Source: Hormiphora californensis
Taxonomy: Eukaryota > Animalia > Ctenophora
DNA: 64,000 nt
Assembly: GCA_020137815.1 (NCBI GenBank)
Contig: CM035352.1
Coordinates: forward strand, 5,394,001-5,458,000
Direction: 5' to 3'
Shown here: positions 12,871 to 25,800 of the stretch, piece by piece
Layout: each line of letters opens with the position of its first letter
Position numbering within the stretch: position 1 is the first letter of the stretch
Notes under the pieces: model-generated
The model's input: only the letters and a program-made list of their open reading frames with translations
What the model was told of the DNA's origin: nothing
Databases searched by the model: none
Position numbers and translations under genes: made by a program

Positions 12871-13761
12871 ATGAGTACAGCAGCAGTACATCTGAGGTGT
12901 TGGGATGTGGGACGGCTGACAGGTACCATCAGAACCTTTGGAACAGTTAGCAACAGTGATGGACCACCTGACTTGGATTTCAAAACTCGGCAACGGAAAT
13001 TCATGGAACTAGCTCGTAGAGAAACTGTAAGTTTTACAAAACATGAGTGTCCGTGACTATAAACATGATGTCGTCTTGAAAGTTTAGACAGTTTCCATAT
13101 CTTGATAAGATATCTTTCGTGAAAGCATCCAACTACAGTCGGACCCCGATTTAGTGGCCTCCGATTTAGTGGCACCCCGATTTAGTGGCAGGATTTTCCC
13201 CCCGATATAGGAAATTAACATTATTTAACCCCGATTTAGTGGCAGGATTTTTTCCCCTGAGGATGCCACAAAATCGGAGTCCGACTGTATCTATAAAATC
13301 ACCTGGTGTTTTCAGACGTCAAAGAAGGAAGAAGCTACGTTTGATTGGAAGAGGTTAGCTAGCTACGTGAAGAGTGAGGGAAGTAGGGGCCAGCAGGATG
13401 CAGTGAGAGATATTTTACATCTCACACAACAAATGGTAAATATCTCCCGGTCCGCAAAACCTCCTACTCACTCTATTGCTCGTAGTTTTTTATCTCCGCA
13501 TATATATTGTAAAAGCAGTAGATTTTATTACCCCTGCTGCAGTACACCACTCATCAGTCACCCGCCCACATAGGTTGGTGATGGTAGTGACATTATCACG
13601 ACAACTTTGGAGGAGCTGTTCCCACTATTCGCACAATTCGATCAGCTGGAGTTCAGAGAGATCTTCAAAGTAAAGGATAAGATCGGGGCTGTTGATGAAA
13701 CTGTCTTGAAAAAGGTAGTTAGTTTTGCTGAAAACTGTTTGATTCCTTACATCCCCCTTTA

Positions 13762-13833
<72 letters not shown>

Positions 13834-16800
13834 ATCCATCTCTCTTCTTCTCCTCTCCAGTTCCTGTTACCAGCCTGACACTCAGGTCTTCTCTTACTAC
13901 ACCAGAGTTACAGAGAGGAAACATCCCTGAGGTATTTCAGAACGTAGCAGTCGAAGCTGGAGAAGGTAGGGTGGGAGTATAGGGGGGTCCGCCAGGGGGT
14001 TGGTTCAAAAGTAAGTTAGTCAAAACGTGGCAATGATAGATCCTCGTCCAGTATCTTGTTCTTGTGTTTCAAGGCCTGGCCTGGCCTTGGGAGGGGGACT
14101 CTTGGATGTATGTCACTAGGCTTATACTAATTCTGTATGTTTAATAAAACAGCTACTGGGGCCTGGTATATATTCAGTTTCCTCCTCTTAGGACAAACCA
14201 CTCTCTCTCCCTCTCGGCTCTCTCCACCCTCTCTCGCACACTCCATCGCTGCTCGCCTTTCTCCGACTCTGCTTCTCTCTCTCTCGATCTACTCTCCTCT
14301 CTCTCTTCTCTCTCTCTCTCTCTCCTCTGGTTTGTGCCGTACTGCCAGGGTACCAGTGCGGGAGCTGCTGCAGTAGTAGAACAGCAAGGTAAGGGTGGGG
14401 GCCAGGGGGGCAGAAAAATCATTCGGCCGGTTTTAAAAGGATGCTCATTTAAAGGGTTTAAATCAACCCCAATATTTTTTGGGTTTTGGACGTTACCCCA
14501 CGATCTCCCTGTATTTTAGTGTTCACGGTGTTATCCTTCCCAGGTTCGTATTGGTGAGATGTATAAAGGAGAGGAGTCAGACCCTGCAATGCCCCGGGAG
14601 GAACTTGTCAGTGCTATTCATACTCACATATCATCGCCGGCAAACAACGAGAGTATTCAGGACTCGGTAAGAACAAGGAACCAAGTAAACAGCCAATCAG
14701 AAACCTTTTTTTTTTTCCGGTTGGTTATAGCCAAAGGGGGGGGGTTTTTCCGTTCGGTCGGGTTTTTTGGGAAAAAATGCAAAAATTTTTAAAAAAACCC
14801 CGCAATTAAAATTTTAAAAAAATACCTCTTGGCTTTGGGTTTTAAATCCTCTCCCATTTTTTTTTTCGGCTGAAAATTGCCCCGCATTTTCCCAAAAAAC
14901 CCCTTTTTTTCCCCATAAACACTGCTTGGCAAGTAAAGGTTTTTAAACTACCTACTCCTCCAGTTATTTGGTTTACTCGGCTACGAATCATTCGACCTCA
15001 TCGCCACTATCCTTCAAAATCGTGCTGTTATTCGTGCCCCCAGTGGGTTCGATGTCTTCGTAGAGGAGGAGTTAAGAGCACCACCACCACCCCACTTTAA
15101 ACAGGAGAGGGGTCCCTCAGTTACACACCAGGTTGGTGGGTAGTATAATACTAGAGAGGTAACAGGGTTGTAAATACCACCAAAGGGTGATGCTGGCAGA
15201 TACAATTTGTGATGTGCTCATATTGTAATCTGTTGAGGGACATGTAAATTGTAAGGATAGTGTGGTAAAAACTCACACAACTCTCCTGTCCCCGTTTCTC
15301 TCTCTCGATGTGTGTGTTGTGTTAACTGTAAGGAGGGTGTATGTGTAAAAAGGGGGGAAGTGCTCTTTTCCGTGTGTCTGACACCAGTGTGTCCATCTCT
15401 CTTTACAATAATCGACTCACTTGAAAATATATGTGGAATACCTTACTCTCGTTAATTAAGCTCGCATATTTCAAGAAACTTTTAAATAAGAAACTTTTTT
15501 TCTAGGAAACTACAGGTGTAAGCAATCCAAAAACAAAAAGAATTTCTTCTTTATCAAGAAACTAAACAAGTTAGGGGTGTTCTATTTTGTTGTGGTGTCT
15601 CTGAATTGTGTGATCTACATTAATAATAATAATAACTAAGTTTATATTCCGCCCATATCCGACAGGGACAGAGCAGCGAAACTGCTGCTGTCACTGAAGG
15701 ATGATCTGAACGGTTAATATACTGGTAAGACCTCGCCAACTTATCCCTAATAGAACAAAAAATAATAAAGAAAAATTACACCGGCTCACATTACTATCGG
15801 CTCACATAACTATCGGTGACTGATTACATAACAGACTGAGTTAGAGTCCTGGAACTCTCAAAAAATGATATAAAAGTCCGTATATTGGAACACAGAAAAA
15901 CACTCGTGCTATGAAAAACCCCAATTTATGCTTCACACTTCTGCTCGCCACGAGCTTAAATACAGAAAAATAATTAAAAACGGGTACCAGCTAGAGCACA
16001 TACCTCAGCAAAGTTTCTTATAAAAAAGTTTCTTACTAAAGCGTTTCTTAAAAAACGAGAGTAAGGTATATGCGAGTGGTATTCTTGACAAGACTATACG
16101 GTGCATTTGTTAAACAGGAAGAAGATAGGGGAGAAAGGGAGATAACTTTACAGCAGGAACCGACCGGACCAAGTAAACAACCAATCAGAGCTCGTTATTT
16201 AGGTCACGTGACTGGATATCAGCCAATCAGGGACCAGTATTTCCTGATTCGGTCGGTTCCTGCTTTACAGATAACCAGAAACGTGTGGAAACAGTTGGGA
16301 TGTTGTCTGGATAAATGTATTTTAATTAAAGTCGGAAGTCCCTCTGTTTGAAGTCCCTCTGGTTAACAGTGATGCAACATTAGCACTCCTTATCCCTAGG
16401 TAAATATCCTAACGGAGCGAGAGAAGATCTGGATGAAACAGATACGAAAAGAGGAAAGAAGGTTGAAGAAGGAGGCGAATAGTAACAATGGTCAAAATAG
16501 GCATCTATTTAATCCCGAGTTATTGCGAGAACAAAGGTACATCTCCCCTATATCTCTCAGATACCCTGGGGTGGGGAGCAGCTACCCACACTCTCTTGTT
16601 AACGAGAACTGTATTTACTGATCGAGTCTTCTAATTCTTCGGTGAAACAGAGGGTGTAGCCAGACAAACTATTGAGGTGTATTAATATCAAATGTTACAG
16701 GGAGTACGCCCTAATGACGGCCAACATGGTACCAGCCCTGCAGCCCCGTACACCAGTTAACCCTGAGTTACCCTTCGTGTTTGATACTCGGATGGATATC

Positions 16801-19800
16801 AAACAGACAGCTGCCTATATTCTAGGTAGGGACTATAATACCCAGTCTGGAGGGGGGGGGGTAGTTCTTTATTGCTTGTTGGCAGCGAGAAACAAAATGT
16901 TATTTGATATCTCTGACACAAGAGAAACAACCATCCTCCGTCTCATCAGGTGTAAAGGTGACCCTTCCCAGCGATGCGTTTCACGTATCAAAACCTGGTC
17001 ACGAGGAACACACCATTCCAGCCACCAGTGTAAACCCACCTGAGTGGACTGATGAGTATAAGAACATATCAGATCTGGATCAAATCGGACAAGTGGCATT
17101 CAAGGGTGTAAAACGGGTAGGTTATCTTTCTCAAACCAAAACCAAATCTCTATCTGTGGGCTCTCTATCCATCTTTCTATCTATCTTTTTTCTCTCGTCC
17201 CTCGACTACCTCTACTCACTTGGTTACGAAGTTACCCCTTGCCAGCACGCGCGAAGGTCGCCCGGCGACCTGAGCTAGGGGTTACAGAAGCGGTTTGATT
17301 CACTTCAAAAATTAATAGCTCCTCAACCACTCAATGAAAATGCACCAAATTTTGGTATTCCCCACCAAATTGTCTGACAATTACAATTCTGTACTCATAT
17401 TTGAAAAATTATCTCCGGAACCTTGGTTTTAAGATCAGTTTTAGGTGTTAATGATGAAATTTTTTTTTGAAAAAGTAGGTCAGGTATGCTTAACATCATA
17501 TTAAAGATCGTGGCAAAGTTTGAAGTTTCTATCTTCAAAGGTCTGGCCATCAAAATTAAAAAGGTCTTGAAGTTGGACCATTTGTACAAAATATGTTGTA
17601 ACTCAACTTCTACTTTGCCAAATTAAACCTGGTTTGAAACACTGAACTGCTAATCTATCCCTCGGAATACGGACGAAGTTTGAAACCGCCAGCTCTATTG
17701 ACCGCTCTGCAATACTTGTTTGTGTCAAAGAAATCAGGAAAGTAACAAGATTTGGTCTCGGTGTCGACCTGTGCGCGGCTCAGACCCCTAAGCTAGAACT
17801 ATGTAGTGTAGACTACAACTTTTCAGTGCTCAGTATAACGTTTTGAGCGCGTTATGAAAATAGGGCAAGCGGTTCTGATACCTCTAAACAGAGTGTGAGG
17901 TGTCTTCGATACCAATCTACTCACTCAATCACCTTCTTTGTTTCCTCTTGTGTAAATTCTGATGATTGTGACAGTGACACGCGGAATAGGAGCAGCAACA
18001 CAGTAGTGCCTGCGCGCACTGAACATTCTGTAACGCGCTAAGTCGACACTCAATGTAAAGTACATCAAGTTACGACTCTTGGGGACACTACTCCTCTCTT
18101 TTTCCCTACACACAGAAATCACACTAATCAATCACACACCTATACACCCATAATTACCATCAATATTTCAGTTAAACCGAATCCAAAGTATTGTGTTTGA
18201 CACCGCCTACGACTCCAATGAAAACCTTCTGATATGTGCACCTACGGGGGCGGGTAAAACCAATGTGGCCCTTCTCACCGTCTGCAAGCTAATCCGGAAC
18301 AACGTGGAGAATGGTGTCGTACAGAGGAACAAGTTCAAGGTTAGATCATCAGATGGAATTGTTAAAATAGAGAGGGGGGTTTAGATCATCATCTTAATCT
18401 GCGCTTTGGTGGGAAATAAATAATATATTATAAAATGGAATACTAATTTTAGGTGCTGGCATATTTTGTCATATTGCACTGTACACTTAGTGTTTGATAC
18501 ATGTGCCACATGCAAACACACCATGTACCACAATCACACAAACACCTTTCAGATTGTATACGTCACTCCCATGAAAGCCCTGGCTGCGGAAATGACTAAA
18601 ACATTCAGCAAGAAGCTTTCTGCTCTGGGGATCACTGTCAAGGAGTTAACTGGGGACATGCAGCTTACAAAACAGGAGATTAGTCAGACTCAGATGTTGG
18701 TAGTTACACCAGAGAAATGGGATGTTGTAACTAGAAAGAGTACTGGGGATACTGGACTTAGTCAACTTGTCCGGTTACTTATAATAGGTAACCTCGACCA
18801 AAACGCGGAGTTTTTACGTCAGCCGACCCGAAACCGGATTAAATTTTGCCACCCGCTGGTCTCAGGGCCTCAAAATATGTCAAAATATGTCTGAATTGTC
18901 ATTTGGGGTCATTTAGACCTTTTAATTGCATGTAATTACCCTTTAATTACATGTAATTACATTTTAATTACATGTAATTACTTCCAATTACATTCCAATT
19001 ACTTCAGCACCTCGAGAGCTTTCGAACGCACCCTAGAACACCTTTCTACTCCTTCTAATTACCGAGTTCTGTATACCCCTTATTTTGACTGTTTTTCGCG
19101 TCCTACCCCTTATAGGTTTGGGTATGGCCATCGCCACACCCCCTATACGTCGCGGGACCTCGAGACCTTTCCAACGAGCCATAGAACACCTCTCTACTAC
19201 TTCAGGGGGCTTCAAAACTTTCACTCTAAAAATATCTATGGTTTATGGTTTATGGTTTACCTCGACCAAAACGCGGAGTTTTTACGTCAGCCGACCCGAA
19301 ACCGGATTAAATTTTGCCACCCGCTGGTCTCAGGGCCTCCAAATATGTCAAAATATGTCTGAATTGTCATTTGGGGTCATTTAGACCTTGTAATTACATG
19401 TAATTACCCTTTAATTACATGTAATTACATTTTAATTACATGTAATTACTTCCAATTACATTCCAATTACTTCAGCACCTCAAGAGCTTTCGAACGCACC
19501 CTAGAACACCTTTCTACTCCTTCTAATTGCCGAGTTCTGTATACCCCTTATTTTGACTGTTTTTCGCGTCCTACCCCTTATAGGTTTGGGTATGGCCATC
19601 GCCACACCCCCTATACGTCGCGGGACCTCGAGACCTTTCCAACGAGCCATAGAACACCTCTCTACTACTTCAGGGGGCTTCAAAACTTTCACTCTAAAAA
19701 TATCTATGGTTATGGTTTTATGGTTTATGGTTTTATGGTTTTTTTTTCATCTGGTATTAAGGGCCTGTCGGCTCGGCCCCGTTGTTTTAGTTTTAGGGGG

Positions 19801-22800
19801 GATGTTTTAGGGGGGATGGGTTGAGTTTGGGTTATATTCGGGTCGGGGGGCCTTGCCAGGCCCCGAATGGTTTATGGTTTATGGTTTTTTTTTCATCTGG
19901 TATTAAGGGCCTGTCGGCTCGGCCCCGTTGTTTTAGTTTTAGGGGGGATGTTTTAGGGGGGATGGGTTGAGTTTGGGTTATATTCGGGTCGGGGGGCCTT
20001 GCCAGGCCCCGAATGGGTGTTAGATCACTTAAATCAAAGATTCACACCTCTTTCTCGAAATACATGGCCTACCATCCCCTGCCTAGCCTGCTAACACCTG
20101 TCTCCCAACCCCTGCCCCTAAATACCACCACTAACAATCCTCTCACTCTAGACGAGGTGCATCTACTGCACGAAGACAGGGGTTCTGTAATTGAGACCCT
20201 GGTCGCCAGGACTCTCCGACAAGTGGAGAGTAGTCAGCAGATGTGCCGTATTGTTGGTCTCTCAGCCACTCTACCCAATTATATCGATGTAGCTACTTTC
20301 CTCAAGGTTGGTTGGTTAGTCCATCTCTGTTCTTTATCTTATCTCATATTTTCTTGAGCTTGATTGCACCAATAATAACGGGTGACAACTAAAAATTGTT
20401 ACTAATTTAAAACAGCTGTAGAATTTTTCCCTTTTGAGATACAGCTTCGGGCCAGTGATAGAACGATTTTTCAGACAATTTTGAATCATGATAACATAAC
20501 GGCGATGACTAAAACGTTCATTCTCATAGCGATATCGGATCATTTCCTCTTGCCCCACCAAAGCATATAGTACGGAGATTTGAAATTTCTATGTTATCAG
20601 AAACGACCTTCCCGATGAGATAGAATTCTCATAATTGGAAGTCTGGTTGTTCATGCCATAACCAACATAACTGCCAAGTTTGAAGATTTTGGCTGATTAG
20701 GAAGTTGGGTTTCCACGGTCATTAATGTTTCGAGAGATGTCGAAATGGCGATTTCTCAAATTACCTGTAAACTACGCTTTGTTACAGAAGATTCTGATCA
20801 GGAATTGAGATTTATGAAGTTTGAAGCAAAGTTAATTTCGTTCAAAATTGTCTGAAAAATCATTCTATCACTGTCCCGAAGCTGTATTTCGACTAGAACA
20901 GGCGCTAGAGGTGCTAGAAAAACGTGTAGATTTCACGGACTATATACTTTGGTGGGGCAAGAGGAAATGATCCGATATCGCTATGAGAATGAACGTTTTA
21001 GTCATCGCCGTTATGTTTTTCTGATTCAAAATTGTCTGAAAAATCGTTCTATCACTGGCCCGAAGCTGTATCTCAAAAGGGAAAAATTCTACAGCTGTTT
21101 TAAATTAGTAACAATTTTTAGTTGTCACCCGTTACAAGTTTCATCCCTCACTACTACCCCAGGTTAACGTGTACAAGGGGTTGTTTTTCTTTGACGGCAG
21201 GTTCCGTCCCGTGCCTCTGGAGCAGACCTTTGTAGGCGTAAAGGGAACAAACAAGTTCAAAACAAGGGAGAATATGGATCAGGTGTGTTATGAGAAAGTT
21301 CTGGATAGCATAAAGAAGGGTAACCAGGTGCTGGTGTTTGTTCACTCCCGGAATGGGACCCTCAAGACAGCGGAGAAGCTGAGGGAGATAGCACAGACTG
21401 AGGACACCTTAGATCTCTTCACCCCTGTAGAACATCCCAAATACCAAGAGTGAGTGTTTATAATGGGGGAGGGTGCTCTTGTTTTCTGTCCTGCGTACTA
21501 GGCATTACGGAGGTGGTGGGGAGGTGGGTGATACTTATTACTTCTAGATTTCCAAATAACAGATCCCCTCCTCTCCTCTCTCAGTGGTCTAAAGAAGTTG
21601 ACCCGGTCCTCCCAAAAGAAGCTGAACTACCTCTACAGAGATGGGTTCAGTATTCACCACGCTGGTCTACCACGGGTTGATAGGAATGTGGTGGAACAAC
21701 TATTTAATGATGGTCTAATTAAGGTGTTGGTGTGTACTGCCACACTGGCATGGGGTGTCAACCTGCCTGCACACACTGTTATTATAAAGGGTATGTTATT
21801 GTTGTTGTTGTTGTCATAGAGATCAGATAGCATCTTCCCTCATAAAGTGGACATGTTTAGGGTTGATCCCCCCCCCCCCCCCCGGTTGATCCCATGATAT
21901 TTTAGGAACGGAGTACTATGATGCCAGTAAGGGAGAGTTTGTTGACATTGGAATCCTGGATGTCTTCCAGATATTCGGGCGTGCTGGTCGTCCCCAGTTT
22001 GATACCTCTGGACATGGCATCATCATTACTGCACAGGACAAACTGCACAAGTACCTGATGCTGGTAACCCAGCAACATCCCATCGAATCACAGTTCACTA
22101 AATCAATGGAGGATAACCTGAACGCTGAAATCTGTCTGGGGACGGTGAGTTGTGTGTGTGTTGGTAGTGATTAGTGAACCCCACAGGTCAGACTCTCTTA
22201 TTCATTATGGTAGAGCTGTTTACTCACTGGTCTATTTGAGAAATAAAATACCAAGTATTTTGGATGAATTGGGGGGGACGACATGTTAATTGTTAATAAA
22301 TCACCTCTTTTTTTCGATTTTGTTAATTAACGTTAATTAACAAAATTAACAAAGTTAACAAATCAGCAAAGACTGTTCTTATTGGTTGATAATACGACTT
22401 TAACTGGTTTAATTTTATAGTTTAATGACTTTTCTAACACATATATACCCAAACAAGGCCTCTTCCGATAACCAAAGTCCGACATACATGTTTTTTGGCT
22501 CAAAATCGATAAAAATCCAAAAGTTACAAATATTTCAATTTAGCGTATAAAATCTCACTTTAACGTGATTTTTTCATTGATAATCGATTCTTTGAACGAA
22601 AGAAGATGATGTACAACGTTTCTGTCGGAAAAAGAAACAAAATATTTCCAAAATCAATTTTTGGTCAAAAATTGAAAATTTGCTTCGCTACAAATCCTTG
22701 TGTTTTTTTTAGAAAAATTGATTTTTGGGATATTTTTGTTTTATGGTAAATTCATGAGTCTTATTTAGTTTTTAGGGTTAAAAAAAGTGGATTAGGGTCA

Positions 22801-25800
22801 ATTGACTTCAATTGCGGTTTAGTTTGGCTAGTTTTTATTAAAATTTACACAGAGGAACAAATCGCTGTAAAAAAGCCGTAGTAGAGGTAGTGGTGGTGTG
22901 TAAATCGTGCAGAAGGAACATCTTTGCTCGCATAACAAGTGTTAAATACCAAAAACACGTGCTAAAGGTGATTTAGATGGCATAAATGGCATTTGTTAAC
23001 GTTTGTTAACTTTTTGTTAATTTTGTTAATAAATCACCTGTTTTCTCGATGTTAATATTAACAAAGTTAACAAAATTAACATGTCGCACCCCCCGATGAA
23101 TTCCTTTTTTATATTCTCACCATGTCACGTTTGTAGGTTGGGTCGGTAGACGAGGCTATCCAGTGGTTGAAGTATACCTACATGTGGGTTCGGATGCAGA
23201 GAGACCCTATTATATACGGAATAACAGGGAAGATGAGGGAAAAGGATCCTGATCTACACCAGGTAACAGAGGCTCAACTCTATCAACTACCAGAGTCTGG
23301 TAACCAGACCCTTTTTTACCAATGGAATGCGGGACGATGGGGGATGTATCTATCAATGGTACTAATTATTAATTAGTTTAACTAGTAATTAAACTAAACT
23401 CTCTTCTACCAGCACCTGAGGATGTTGATTACAAAGACAGCTCTGACCCTGGACAAGTGTCGGATGATCCGATATAATCCCGACACAGAGACTCTCTCTG
23501 CCACTGACCTGGGTCGGACAGCTAGCAACTTCTACATTAAACATCCCACTATCGAGCACTTTAATGACACATTCAAACCTGAACTAGTTGAAAGTGAGCT
23601 GTTGGGATGTGTTAGCAAGGCTGATGAATTCGCTCAGCTCAAGGTACTACATTTTTATTTTGTCAGTTTCTTTATTCATCTCTGTGTATGACATTTTACA
23701 CTGTACAGATGACAGATGTGTTCCAGTCACACCTATATGACATGTCATATATTAACGTACACGCTTTATTTCTGCTTAATTTGTTGTTGGTTGTCCGGCG
23801 TGACGGAATGCAGCCCATTTTCTCAGCTAAATTCATCAATTTCAGTCTCAATAGTAACCAATACAGTAACCATGATAGTAACCAACCATCCCAATTACAG
23901 GTCCAAGAGGAGGAGGGAGTGGAGTTGAAGGATTTGTTCAACGAGCAACGTTACAATGTACTGGGTGGCACAGAAAATGTGTACGGCAAAGTGAACATCC
24001 TCCTTCAAGCTTACATCTCACAATGCAACATCCAGAGCTTCTCTCTCCTTTCCGATTCGCTCTACGTTGCACAGGTATAACAGGCTTCTAATACAAATTT
24101 GGAGTAAAATTGGAACAAAATGGCGGTAACTCAGTAGCCCCAATATCTCCCTTCTAATCTCCTCCTATTTTCAGAACGGAAGTAGGATAATAAGGGCTAT
24201 GTTTGACATAGCAATACACCGTGGCTACCCCCTTGCTGCTGCCCGGCTTCTCAACCTCTCTAAAATGATGAACCACAGAATCTGGGATGAAGACACACCC
24301 CTCCGTCAATTCGGCACCGCTCTCCCCTTCAATGTTTACGATCGATTGGAGCGCCTCCGACTCTCCCTCGACAAGCTCCGGGAGATGCCTGGTCGAGAGA
24401 TAGGGCACATGTTACATCACGTTAATGTGGGTGATCGTGTCAAGGAACACGTGGAATACATTCCCCACGTAGCACTGGACATCCTGGTTCAGCCTGTTAC
24501 TGCTACTGTGTTAAAAGTGGAGCTGACCATTACCCCCCAGTTTGTGTGGAGTGACAGGTGGCATGGTAAGGCGGGTGGTGTCCCCTGGTGGATATGGGTT
24601 GAAGACCCTAACAACCACGACCACATCTACCACAACGAGTATTTCAACCTGCAAAAGAAACATGTGGTACACGGTGAATCCCAGAAGATATCATTCTCAA
24701 TGCCCCTGATAGACCGGGACAACACATGTTATATTGTGAAGTGTGTCTCAGATCACTGGTTGGGAGCTGAGACCAGTGAAGTGGTGAATGTTAAGGGTAT
24801 TATAGTCCCTCAAGACCATGTTCCACACACCCAACTACTGGATCTCCAACCCATACCAGCTAGTATCATGCCGACACCAGAACTCCGTCGTTACTTCAAG
24901 TTTACCCACTTCAACCCGGTCCAAACCCAAGTATTCCATACCCTCTTCCACTCTGATGAGAATGTCCTACTTGGTGCACCTACTGGGTCTGGTAAAACTG
25001 TGGCTGCTGAGTTGGCCATGTTCCGGGTGTTCACCAAGTATCCCCGGGACAAGTGTGTTTACATAGCACCCCTCAAAGCCCTGGTCCGGGAGAGGATGAA
25101 GGATTGGGGTGACAGGATAGGAAGGGTCCTTGGGAAGAAGATCGTGGAGCTAACAGGTGATGTTGTACCATGATATGAAGGCTGTGGTAGCGGCTGATAT
25201 TATTGTCACAACCCCTGAGAAATGGGATGGAATATCAAGGTCGTGGCAAAACAGGAAGTATGTACAGAGTGTCCGAGGTTGTTGGTGATTGATGAGATTA
25301 CACCTGCTGGGCTAATGATCGTGGCCCCGTTCTAGAGGTGATAGTTAGCAGGACCAACTTTATCAGTTCTCACACAGAACAGCAAGTTAGGGTGGTCGGT
25401 CTCAGCACAGCGCTGGCTAACGCTGGGGACCTTGGTAGTTGGCTGAATATCTCTAATGCGGGCATGTTCAATTTCAAGCCATCAGTCCGTCCTGTTCCCT
25501 TGGAAACGCATCTCAGTGGGTTCCCGGGGCAACACTACTGTCCCAGAATGGCAACCATGAACAAACCGGCTTACAACGACATACGAATGTACAGTAAAGA
25601 GAAACCAGTTCTGATCTTCGTGGCGTCACGACGTCAGACCCGTCTAACTGCATACGATTTGATATCACACGCAGCAGCAGACGATCCTAAACAGTGGCTG
25701 CATGATATCGGGGATCTAGAGTTGGAGAACCACATCTCGACAGTAGGGGATCAGAACCTGAAACATTGCCTACAGTTTGGTATCGGACTTCACCACGCTG

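Noticed and set aside
25165-25320. Frameshifts and a premature stop in ASCC3 cassette 2 (pseudogene or recoding?)
   Set aside because: Several single-base insertions cluster in ~150 bp while motifs ([22 protein letters not shown]) stay recognisable and the rest is intact; this pattern fits read error.
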